A stretch of 20,515 nucleotides of DNA from positions 1-20,515 of the forward strand of contig NEEC01000351.1 of the NCBI GenBank assembly GCA_002189035.1. The letters run 5' to 3'. The translations under genes and the position numbers were made by a program. Below, piece after piece: positions 1 through 10,777 of the stretch (positions are counted from its first letter, which is position 1; every line of letters starts with the position of its first letter). Below the pieces are notes generated by a model. It searched no databases. It was given only the letters and a program-made list of their open reading frames with translations, and was not told the origin of the DNA. The stretch comes from Utricularia gibba. Its lineage: Eukaryota > Plantae > Magnoliophyta.

Positions 1-3000
1 CTTTATATTTGATAAGGCGCTCTCGTGGGGCAACGGTATCGAGCAGGGTCGAGTCGAGCTCGGGCCCATAGTCATTTGTGGCTCGGCAAAAAACTTGATG
101 CATTTCTTAACGTTGGGTTTTAATTGGCTGCCTACATGGTTTCTCAAGGAAAAGCTTGTCGTTTTGGGCGGGTGATGTCGTTGTGAACTTCGTTCTGACC
201 CAAGGTCCTTCCACATCGGGTCCTACTCGACGAAAATCGTGCTGCACTTATTGAAGTTAGGATGTCATGAGCACCCAAAATGGTTTTCTCAACCGCATGC
301 TTTATATCTGAGAGGCGCTCTCGTGGGCAACGGTATCGAGAAGGAGGTCGAGTCGAGCTCGGCCCATAGTCATTTGTGGCTCGGCAAAAAACTTGATGCA
401 TTTCTTAACGTTGGGTTTAATTGGCTGCCTACATGGTTTCTCAAGGAAAAGCTTGTCGTTTTTGGGCGGGTGATGTCGTTGTGAACTTCGTTCTGACCCA
501 AGGTTCCTTTGCCACATCGGGTCCTACTCGACGAAAATCGTGCTGCACTTATTGAAGTTAGGATGTCATAGCACCAAAATGGTTTTCTCAACCGCATGCT
601 TTATATCTGAGGACGCTCTCGTGGGCAACGGTATCGAGAAGGAGGTCGAGTCGAGCTCGGGCCCATAGTCATTTGTGCTCGGCAAAAAACTTGATGCATT
701 TCTTAACGTTGGGTTTTAATTGGCTGCCTACATGGTTTCTCAAGGAAAAGCTTGTCGTTTTTGGGCGGGTGATGTCGTTGTGAACTTCGTTCTGACCCAA
801 GGTTCGGTCTGACTCCTTTGCCACATCGGGTCTACTCGACGAAAATCGTGATGCACTTATTGAAGTTAGGATGTCATGAGCACCCAAAATGGTTTTCTCA
901 ACCGCATGCTTTATATCTGAGGAGGCGCTCTCGGGGCAACGGTATCGAGAAGGAGGTCGAGTCGAGCTCGGGCCCATAGTCATTTGTAGCTCGGCAAAAA
1001 ACTTGATGCATTTCTTAACGTTGGTTTTAATTGGCTGCCTACATGGTTTCTCAAGGAAAAGCTTGTCGTTTTTGGGCGGGTGATGTCGTTGTGAACTTCG
1101 TTCTGACCCAAGGTTCCTTGCCACATCGGGTCCTACTCGACGAAAATCGTGCTGCACTTATTGAAGTTAGGATGTCATGAGCACCAAATGGTTTTCTCAA
1201 CCGCATGCTTTATATCTGAGGAGGCGCTCTCGTGGGGCAACGGTATCGAAGGAGGTCGAGTCGAGCTCGGGCCCATAGTCATTTGTGCTCGGCAAAAAAC
1301 TTGATGCATTTCTTAACGTTGGGTTTTAATTGGCTGCCTACATGGTTTCTCAAGGAAAAGCTTGTCGTTTTTGGGCGGGTGATGTCGTTGTGAACTTCGT
1401 TCTGACCCAAGGTTCCTTGCCACATCGGGTCCTACTCGACGAAAATCGTGCTGCACTTATTGAAGTTAGGATGTCATGAGCACCAAAAATGGTTTTCTCA
1501 ACCGCATGCTTTATATCTGAGGAGGCGCTCTCGTGGGGCAACGGTATCGAGAAGGAGGTCGAGTCGAGCTCGGGCCATAGTCATTTGTGGCTCGGCAAAA
1601 AACTTGATGCATTTCTTAACGTTGGGTTTTAATTGGCTGCCTACATGGTTTCTCAAGGAAAAGCTTGTCGTTTTTGGGCGGGTGATGTCGTTGTGAACTT
1701 CGTTGACCCAAGGTTTGACTCCTTTGCCACATCGGGTCCTACTCGACGAAAATCGTGATGCACTTATTGAAGTTAGGATGTCATGAGCACCCAAAATGGT
1801 TTTCTCAACCGCATGCTTTATATCTGAGGAGGCGCTCTCGTGGGGCAACGGTATCGAGAAGGAGGTCGAGTCGAGCTCGGGCCCATAGTCATTTGTGGCT
1901 CGGCAAAAAACTTGATGCATTTCTTAACGTTGGGTTTTAATTGGCTGCCTACATGGTTTCTCAAGGAAAAGCTTGTCGTTTTTGGCGGGTGATGTCGTTG
2001 TGAACTTCGTTCTGACCCAAGGTTCCTTTGCCACATCGGGTCCTACTCGACGAAAATCGTGCTGCACTTATTGAAGTTAGGATGTCATGAGCACCCAAAA
2101 TGGTTTTCTCAACCGCATGCTTTATATCTGAGGAGGCGCTCTCGTGGGGCAACGGTATCGAGAAGGAGGTCGAGTCGAGCTCGGGCCATAGTCATTTGTG
2201 GCTCGGCAAAAAACTTGATGCATTTCTTAACGTTGGGTTTTAATTGGCTGCCTACATGGTTTCTCAAGGAAAAGCTTGTCGTTTTTGGGCGGGTGATGTC
2301 GTTGTGAACTTCGTTCTGACCCAAGGTTCCTTTGCCACATCGGGTCCTACTCGACGAAAATCGTGCTGCACTTATTGAAGTTAGGATGTCATGAGCACCC
2401 AAAATGGTTTTCTCAACCGCATGCTTTATATCTGAGGAGGCGCTCTCGTGGGGCAACGGTATCGAGAAGGAGGTCGAGTCGAGCTCGGGCCCATAGTCAT
2501 TTGTGGCTCGGCAAAAAACTTGATGCATTTCTTAACGTTGGGTTTTAATTGGCTGCCTACATGGTTTCTCAAGGAAAAGCTTGTCGTTTTTGGCGGGTGA
2601 TGTCGTTGTGAACTTCGTTCTGACCCAAGGTTCGGTCTGACTCCTTTGCCACATCGGGTCCTACTCGACGAAAATCGTGATGCACTTATTGAAGTTAGGA
2701 TGTCATAAGCACCCAAAATGGTTTTCTCAACCGCATGCTTTATATCTGAGGAGGCGCTCTCGTGGGGCAACGGTATCGAGAAGGAGGTCGAGTCGAGCTC
2801 GGGCCCATAGTCATTTGTAGCTCGGCAAAAAACTTGATGCATTTCTTAACGTTGGGTTTTAATTGGCTGCCTACATGGTTTCTCAAGGAAAAGCTTGTCG
2901 TTTTTGGGCGGGTGATGTCGTTGTGAACTTCGTTCTGACCCAAGGTTGCCACATCGGGTCCTACTCGACGAAAATCGTGCTGCACTTATTGAAGTTAGGA

Positions 3001-3648
3001 TGTCATGAGCACCCAAAATGGTTTTCTCAACCGCATGCTTTATATCTGAGGAGGCGCTCTCGTGGGGCAACGGTATCGAGAAGGAGGTCGAGTCGAGCTC
3101 GGGCCCATAGTCATTTGTGCTCGGCAAAAAACTTGATGCATTTCTTAACGTTGGGTTTTAATTGGCTGCCTACATGGTTTCTCAAGGAAAAGCTTGTCGT
3201 TTTTGGGCGGGTGATGTCGTTGTGAACTTCGTTCTGACCCAAGGTTCGCCACATCGGGTCCTACTCGACGAAAATCGTGCTGCACTTATTGAAGTTAGGA
3301 TGTCATGAGCACCCAAAATGGTTTTCTCAACCGCATGCTTTATATCTGAGGAGGCGCTCTCGTGGGGCAACGGTATCGAGAAGGAGGTCGAGTCGAGCTC
3401 GGGCCCATAGTCATTTGTAGCTCGGCAAAAAACTTGATGCATTTCTTAACGTTGGGTTTTAATTGGCTGCCTACATGGTTTCTCAAGGAAAAGCTTGTCG
3501 TTTTTGGGCGGGTGATGTCGTTGTGAACTTCGTTCTGACCCAAGGTTCGGTGACTCTTTGCCACATCGGGTCCTACTCGACGAAATCGTGCTGCACTTAT
3601 TGAAGTTAGGATGTCATGAGCACCAAAAATGGTTTTCTCAACCGCATG
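1..3648. repeat. Putative trimeric higher-order repeat (short-short-long, ~910-925 bp) x4
   Basis: Copies 1-12 read S,S,L,S,S,L,S,S,L,S,S,L. The C/A site reads C,C,A in the first three trimers and C,C,C in the fourth. Confidence 0.6.
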
Positions 3649-4274
3649 CTTTATATCTGAGGAGGCGCTCTCGTGGGCAACGGTATCGAGAAGGAGGTCG
3701 AGTCGAGCTCGGGCCCATAGTCATTTGTGCTCGGCAAAAAACTTGATGCATTTCTTAACGTTGGGTTTTAATTGGCTGCCTACATGGTTTCTCAAGGAAA
3801 AGCTTGTCGTTTTTGGGCGGGTGATGTCGTTGTGAACTTCGTTCTGACCCAAGGTTCGGTCTGACTCCTTTGCCACATCGGGTCCTACTCGACGAAAATC
3901 GTGCTGCACTTATTGAAGTTAGGATGTCATGAGCACCCAAAATGGTTTTCTCAACCGCATGCTTTATATCTGAGGAGGCGCTCTCGTGGGGCAACGGTAT
4001 CGAGAAGGAGGTCGAGTCGAGCTCGGGCCCATAGTCATTTGTGCTCGGCAAAAAACTTGATGCATTTCTTAACGTTGGTTTTTAATTGGCTGCCTACATG
4101 GTTTCTCAAGGAAAAGCTTGTCGTTTTTGGGCGGGTGATGTCGTTGTGAACTTCGTTCTGACCCAAGGTTCGGTCTGACTCCTTTGCCCATCGGGTCCTA
4201 CTCGACGAAAATCGTGCTGCACTTATTGAAGTTAGGATGTCATGAGCACCCAAAATGGTTTTCTCAACCGCATG

Positions 4275-6100
4275 CTTTATATCTGAGGAGGCGCTCTCGT
4301 GGGGCAACGGTATCGAGAAGGAGGTCGAGTCGAGCTCGGGCCCATAGTCATTTGTGGCTCGGCAAAAAACTTGATGCATTTCTTAACGTTGGGTTTTAAT
4401 TGGCTGCCTACATGGTTTCTCAAGGAAAAGCTTGTCGTTTTTGGGCGGGTGATGTCGTTGTGAACTTCGTTCTGACCCAAGGTTCCTTTGCCACATCGGG
4501 TCCTACTCGACGAAAATCGTGCTGCACTTATTGAAGTTAGGATGTCATGAGCACCCAAAATGGTTTTCTCAACCGCATGCTTTATATCTGAGGAGGCGCT
4601 CTCGTGGGGCAACGGTATCGAGAAGGAGGTCGAGTCGAGCTCGGGCCATAGTCATTTGTGGCTCGGCAAAAAACTTGATGCATTTCTTAACGTTGGGTTT
4701 TAATTGGCTGCCTACATGGTTTCTCAAGGAAAAGCTTGTCGTTTTTGGCGGGTGATGTCGTTGTGAACTTCGTTCTGACCAAGGTACATCGGGTCCTACT
4801 CGACGAAAATCGTGCTGCACTTATTGAAGTTAGGATGTCATGAGCACCCAAAATGGTTTTCTCAACCGCATGCTTTATATCTGAGGAGGCGCTCTCGTGG
4901 GGCAACGGTATCGAGAAGGAGGTCGAGTCGAGCTCGGGCCCATAGTCATTTGTGCTCGGCAAAAAACTTGATGCATTTCTTAACGTTGGGTTTTAATTGG
5001 CTGCCTACATGGTTTCTCAAGGAAAAGCTTGTCGTTTTGGGCGGGTGATGTCGTTGTGAACTTCGTTCTGACCCAAGGTTCGGTCTGACTCCTTTGCCAC
5101 ATCGGGTCCTACTCGACGAAAATCGTGATGCACTTATTGAAGTTAGGATGTCATCACCCAAAATGGTTTTCTCAACCGCATGCTTTATATCTGAGGAGGC
5201 TCTCGTGGGCAACGGTATCGAGAAGGAGGTCGAGTCGAGCTCGGGCCCATAGTCATTTGTAGCTCGGCAAAAAACTTGATGCATTTCTTAACGTTGGGTT
5301 TTAATTGGCTGCCTACATGGTTTCTCAAGGAAAAGCTTGTCGTTTTTGGGCGGGTGATGTCGTTGTGAACTTCGTTCTGACCCAAGGTTCCTTTGCCACA
5401 TCGGGTCCTACTCGACGAAAATCGTGCTGCACTTATTGAAGTTAGGATGTCATGAGCACCCAAAATGGTTTTCTCAACCGCATGCTTTATATCTGAGGAG
5501 GCGCTCTCGTGGGGCAACGGTATCGAGAAGGAGGTCGAGTCGAGCTCGGCCCATAGTCATTTGTAGCTCGGCAAAAAACTTGATGCATTTCTTAACGTTG
5601 GGTTTTAATTGGCTGCCTACATGGTTTCTCAAGGAAAAGCTTGTCGTTTTTGGGCGGGTGATGTCGTTGTGAACTTCGTTCTGACCCAAGGTTCTTTGCC
5701 ACATCGGGTCCTACTCGACGAAAATCGTGCTGCACTTATTGAAGTTAGGATGTCATGAGCACCCAAAATGGTTTTCTCAACCGCATGCTTTATATCTGAG
5801 GAGGCGCTCTCGTGGGGCAACGGTATCGAGAAGGAGGTCGAGTCGAGCTCGGCCCATAGTCATTTGTGGCTCGGCAAAAAACTTGATGCATTTCTTAACG
5901 TTGGGTTTTAATTGGCTGCCTACATGGTTTCTCAAGGAAAAGCTTGTCGTTTTTGGGCGGGTGATGTCGTTGTGAACTTCGTTCTGACCCAAGGTTCGGT
6001 CTGACTCCTTTGCCACATCGGGTCCTACTCGACGAAATCGTGATGCACTTATTGAAGTTAGGATGTCATGAGCACCCAAAATGGTTTTCTCAACCGCATG
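4275..6100. repeat. Two further short-short-long trimers
   Basis: Copies starting 4275, 4580, 4873 and 5183, 5485, 5788 read S-C, S-C, L-A twice. Confidence 0.55.
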
Positions 6101-8050
6101 CTTTATATCTGAGGAGGCGCTCGTGGGGCAACGGTATCGAGAAGGAGGTCGAGTCGAGCTCGGGCCCATAGTCATTTGTGGCTCGGCAAAAAACTTGATG
6201 CATTTCTTAACGTTGGGTTTTAATTGGCTGCCTACATGGTTTCTCAAGGAAAAGCTTGTCGTTTTTGGGCGGGTGATGTCGTTGTGAACTTCGTTCTGAC
6301 CCAAGGTTCGGTCTGACTCCTTTGCCACATCGGGTCCTACTCGACGAAAATCGTGCTGCACTTATTGAAGTTAGGATGTCATGAGCACCCAAAATGGTTT
6401 TCTCAACCGCATGCTTTATATCTGAGGAGGCGCTCTCGTGGGGCAACGGTATCGAGAAGGAGGTCGAGTCGAGCTCGGGCCCATAGTCATTTGTGGCTCG
6501 GCAAAAAACTTGATGCATTTCTTAACGTTGGGTTTTAATTGGCTGCCTACATGGTTTCTCAAGGAAAAGCTTGTCGTTTTTGGGCGGGTGATGTCGTTGT
6601 GAACTTCGTTCTGACCAAGGTTCGGTCTGACTCCTTTGCCACATCGGGTCCTACTCGACGAAAATCGTGATGCACTTATTGAAGTTAGGATGTCATGAGC
6701 ACCCAAAATGGTTTTCTCAACCGCATGCTTTATATCTGAGGAGGCGCTCTCGTGGGGCAACGGTATCGAGAAGGAGGTCGAGTCGAGCTCGGGCCCATAG
6801 TCATTTGTGCTCGGCAAAAAACTTGATGCATTTCTTAACGTTGGGTTTTAATTGGCTGCCTACATGGTTTCTCAAGGAAAAGCTTGTCGTTTTTGGGCGG
6901 GTGATGTCGTTGTGAACTTCGTTCTGACCCAAGGTTCTTTGCCACATCGGGTCCTACTCGACGAAAATCGTGCTGCACTTATTGAAGTTAGGATGTCATG
7001 AGCACCCAAAATGGTTTTCTCAACCGCATGCTTTATATCTGAGGAGGCGCTCTCGTGGGGCAACGGTATCGAGAGGAGGTCGAGTCGAGCTCGGGCCCAT
7101 AGTCATTTGTAGCTCGGCAAAAACTTGATGCATTTCTTAACGTTGGGTTTTAATTGGCTGCCTACATGGTTTCTCAAGGAAAAGCTTGTCGTTTTTGGGC
7201 GGGTGATGTCGTTGTGAACTTCGTTCTGACCCAAGGTTCGGTCTGACTCCTTTGCCACATCGGGTCCTACTCGACGAAAATCGTGCTGCACTTATTGAAG
7301 TTAGGATGTCATGAGCACCAAAATGGTTTTCTCAACCGCATGCTTTATATCTGAGGAGGCGCTCTCGTGGGGCAACGGTATCGAGAAGGAGGTCGAGTCG
7401 AGCTCGGGCCCATAGTCATTTGTGCTCGGCAAAAAACTTGATGCATTTCTTAACGTTGGGTTTTAATTGGCTGCCTACATGGTTTCTCAAGGAAAAGCTT
7501 GTCGTTTTTGGGCGGGTGATGTCGTTGTGAACTTCGTTCTGACCCAAGGTTCGGTCTGACTCCTTTGCCACATCGGGTCCTACTCGACGAAAATCGTGCT
7601 GCACTTATTGAAGTTAGGATGTCATAAGCACCCAAAATGGTTTTCTCAACGCATGCTTTATATCTGAGGAGGCGCTCTCGTGGGCAACGGTATCGAGAAG
7701 GAGGTCGAGTCGAGCTCGGGCCCATAGTCATTTGTGCTCGGCAAAAAACTTGATGCATTTCTTAACGTTGGGTTTTAATTGGCTGCCTACATGGTTTCTC
7801 AAGGAAAAGCTTGTCGTTTTTGGGCGGGTGATGTCGTTGTGAACTTCGTTCTGACCCAAGGTTCGGTCTGACTCCTTTGCCACATCGGGTCCTACTCGAC
7901 GAAAATCGTGATGCACTTATTGAAGTTAGGATGTCATGAGCACCCAAAATGGTTTTCTCAACCGCATGCTTTATATCTGAGGAGGCGCTCTCGTGGGGCA
8001 ACGGTATCGAGAAGGAGGTCGAGTCGAGCTCGGGCCCATAGTCATTTGTG

Positions 8051-8276
8051 GCTCGGCAAAAAACTTGATGCATTTCTTAACGTTGGGTTTTAATTGGCTG
8101 CCTACATGGTTTCTCAAGGAAAAGCTTGTCGTTTTTGGGCGGGTGATGTCGTTGTGAACTTCGTTCTGACCCAAGGTTCGGTCTGACTCCTTTGCCACAT
8201 CGGGTCCTACTCGACGAAAATCGTGATGCACTTATTGAAGTTAGGATGTCATGAGCACCCAAAATGGTTTTCTCAA
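8051..8276. repeat. Internal ~158-bp sub-repeat: monomer is a diverged dimer (core blocks 8051-8117 and 8209-8276)
   Basis: GCTCGGCAAAAAACTTGATGCATTTCTTAACGTTGGGTTTTAATTGGCTGCCTAC (8051-8105) versus ACTCGACGAAAATCGTGATGCACTTATTGAAGTTAGGATGTCATGAGCACCCAAA (8209-8263) gives 36/55 identities ungapped at offset 158. These are followed by ATGGTTT-CTCAA versus ATGGTTTTCTCAA. Confidence 0.9.
8179..8188. other. Polymorphic 10-bp segment CGGTCTGACT (present = long monomer, absent = short monomer); coordinates given for the representative copy
   Basis: CCAAGGTTCGGTCTGACTCCTTTGCC versus CCAAGGTTCCTTTGCC. In the first 43 scorable copies, 24 are long (3 of them partially) and 19 short. Confidence 0.8.
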
Positions 8277-10777
8277 CCGCATGCTTTATATCTGAGGAGG
8301 CGCTCTCGTGGGCAACGGTATCGAGAAGGAGGTCGAGTCGAGCTCGGGCCCATAGTCATTTGTAGCTCGGCAAAAAACTTGATGCATTTCTTAACGTTGG
8401 GTTTTAATTGGCTGCCTACATGGTTTCTCAAGGAAAAGCTTGTCGTTTTTGGGCGGGTGATGTCGTTGTGAACTTCGTTCTGACCCAAGGTTCCTTTGCC
8501 ACATCGGGTCCTACTCGACGAAAATCGTGGCACTTATTGAAGTTAGGATGTCATGAGCACCCAAAATGGTTTTCTCAACCGCATGCTTTATATCTGAGGA
8601 GGCGCTCTCGTGGGGCAACGGTATCGAGAAGGAGGTCGAGTCGAGCTCGGGCCCATAGTCATTTGTAGCTCGGCAAAAAACTTGATGCATTTCTTAACGT
8701 TGGGTTTTAATTGGCTGCCTACATGGTTTCTCAAGGAAAAGCTTGTCGTTTTTGGGCGGGTGATGTCGTTGTGAACTTCGTTCTGACCCAAGGTTCCTTT
8801 GCCACATCGGGTCCTACTCGACGAAAATCGTGCTGCACTTATTGAAGTTAGGATGTCATGAGCACCCAAAATGGTTTTCTCAACCGCATGCTTTATATCT
8901 GAGGAGGCTCTCGTGGGGCAACGGTATCGAGAAGGAGGTCGAGTCGAGCTCGGGCCCATAGTCATTTGTAGCTCGGCAAAAAACTTGATGCATTTCTTAA
9001 CGTTGGGTTTTAATTGGCTGCCTACATGGTTTCTCAAGGAAAAGCTTGTCGTTTTTGGGCGGGTGATGTCGTTGTGAACTTCGTTCTGACCCAAGGTTCG
9101 CCACATCGGGTCCTACTCGACGAAAATCGTGCTGCACTTATTGAAGTTAGGATGTCATGAGCACCCAAAATGGTTTTCTCAACCGCATGCTTTATATCTG
9201 AGGAGGCGCTCTCGTGGGGCAACGGTATCGAGAAGGAGGTCGAGTCGAGCTCGGGCCCATAGTCATTTGTAGCTCGGCAAAAAACTTGATGCATTTCTTA
9301 ACGTTGGGTTTTAATTGGCTGCCTACATGGTTTCTCAAGGAAAAGCTTGTCGTTTTTGGGCGGGTGATGTCGTTGTGAACTTCGTTCTGACCCAAGGTTC
9401 GGTCTGACTCCTTTGCCACATCGGGTCCTACTCGACGAAAATCGTGATGCACTTATTGAAGTTAGGATGTCATGAGCACCCAAAATGGTTTTCTCAACCG
9501 CATGCTTTATATCTGAGGAGGCGCTCTCGTGGGGCAACGGTATCGAGAAGGAGGTCGAGTCGAGCTCGGGCCCATAGTCATTTGTAGCTCGGCAAAAAAC
9601 TTGATGCATTTCTTAACGTTGGGTTTTAATTGGCTGCCTACATGGTTTCTCAAGGAAAAGCTTGTCGTTTTTGGGCGGTGATGTCGTTGTGAACTTCGTT
9701 CTGACCCAAGGTTCGGTCTGACTCCTTTGCCACATCGGGTCCTACTCGACGAAAATCGTGATGCACTTATTGAAGTTAGGATGTCATGAGCACCCAAAAT
9801 GGTTTTCTCAACCGCATGCTTTATATCTGAGGAGGCGCTCTCGTGGGGCAACGGTATCGAGAAGGAGGTCGAGTCGAGCTCGGGCCCATAGTCATTTGTG
9901 CTCGGCAAAAAACTTGATGCATTTCTTAACGTTGGGTTTTAATTGGCTGCCTACATGGTTTCTCAAGGAAAAGCTTGTCGTTTTTGGGCGGGTGATGTCG
10001 TTGTGAACTTCGTTCTGACCCAAGGTTCGGTCTGACTCCTTTGCCACATCGGGTCCTACTCGACGAAAATCGTGCTGCACTTATTGAAGTTAGGATGTCA
10101 TGAGCACCCAAAATGGTTTTCTCAACCGCATGCTTTATATCTGAGGAGGCGCTCTCGTGGGGCAACGGTATCGAGAAGGAGGTCGAGTCGAGCTCGGGCC
10201 CATAGTCATTTGTAGCTCGGCAAAAAACTTGATGCATTTCTTAACGTTGGGTTTTAATTGGCTGCCTACATGGTTTCTCAAGGAAAAGCTTGTCGTTTTT
10301 GGGCGGTGATGTCGTTGTGAACTTCGTTCTGACCCACGGTGACTCCTTTGCCACATCGGGTCCTACTCGACGAAAATCGTGATGCACTTATTGAAGTTAG
10401 GATGTCATAAGCACCCAAAATGGTTTTCTCAACCGCATGCGTTGTGAACTATCTCGAGGAGGCTCATCGTGGGGCTTTAATCTGGTATCGAGAAGGAGGT
10501 CGAGTCGAGCTCGGTGGCTCCATATGTCAACGTTGGGTGTAGCTCGGGCATAAAAACTTGATGCATTTCTTAACGTTGGGGCTCTTGGTAATTGGCTGCC
10601 TACATGGTCTTCTTTCAACGGAAAAGCTTTGTCGTTTTTGGGCGGGTGATGTCGTTGTGAACTTCGTTCTGACCCAAGGTTTCCTTTGCCACATCGGGTC
10701 CTACTCGACGAAAATCGTGCTGCACTTATTGAAGTTAGGATGTCATGAGCACCCAAAATGGTTTTCTCAACCGCATG

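Larger units (their letters stand above)
7969..8283. repeat. Representative full-length 315-bp monomer (long, A haplotype)
   Basis: Exactly 315 bp between successive anchors. Hand count A68 C67 G86 T94 (48.6% GC). Single SacI, ApaI, NsiI, AclI, HindIII, BspHI and SphI sites per unit (the SphI site spans the unit junction). Confidence 0.95.

Noticed and set aside
2059-2307. Repeated plus-strand 61-82-aa ORFs (MLHLLKLGCHEHPKW...)
   Set aside because: These are translation by-products of the repeat; their C-termini change with single-base indels from copy to copy.
8019-8037. Synthetic polylinker (adjacent SacI GAGCTC and ApaI GGGCCC; seven 6-bp palindromes per unit)
   Set aside because: About five 6-bp palindromes are expected in 315 bp by chance, the order matches no vector I recognise, and the diverged internal dimer indicates natural evolution.
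7762-8073. Repeated minus-strand 103-aa ORF (MHQVFCRATNDYGPELDS...KTQR) and the fact that 315 is divisible by 3
   Set aside because: The frame has a TAA in every unit, the common 10-bp deletion shifts the frame, I recognise no domain, and there is no promoter/RBS context. One of six frames having a single stop in 105 codons is not unlikely by chance.
7991-8075. Relationship to grass centromeric satellites CentO/CentC (minus-strand CGTTGCCCCACGA and AATGCATCAAGTTTTTTGCC recall motifs of those ~155-bp repeats)
   Set aside because: This is based on memory of those consensus sequences, the matches are short, and their spacing is not colinear. It is worth a pairwise alignment but is not supportable here.
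8154-8172. 5S rDNA tandem unit (similar unit size; minus-strand TCAGAACGAAGTT resembles 5S TCAGAACTCCGAAGTT)
   Set aside because: The resemblance is only ~13 nt; flanks do not match a 120-nt 5S gene.
8159-8175. CENP-B box (CTTCGTT start)
   Set aside because: Only the first 7 nt match; the required A and CGGG positions are missing.
7977-8220. Viroid-like circular RNA concatemer / hammerhead ribozyme (CTGAGGA fits CUGANGA; size in viroid range)
   Set aside because: Neither downstream GAAA (monomer pos ~151, ~248) is preceded by sequence able to close stem II with GGCGC. There is no CUGANGA on the minus strand and no pospiviroid central conserved region. The monomer shows direct rather than inverted internal homology, and linked haplotypes argue against one circular template.
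7969-8283. Silene latifolia SacI/X43.1 subtelomeric satellite (similar length, two sub-repeats, SacI site)
   Set aside because: That family is, as I recall, clearly AT-rich, whereas this monomer is ~49% GC, and I cannot verify sequence identity without a search.
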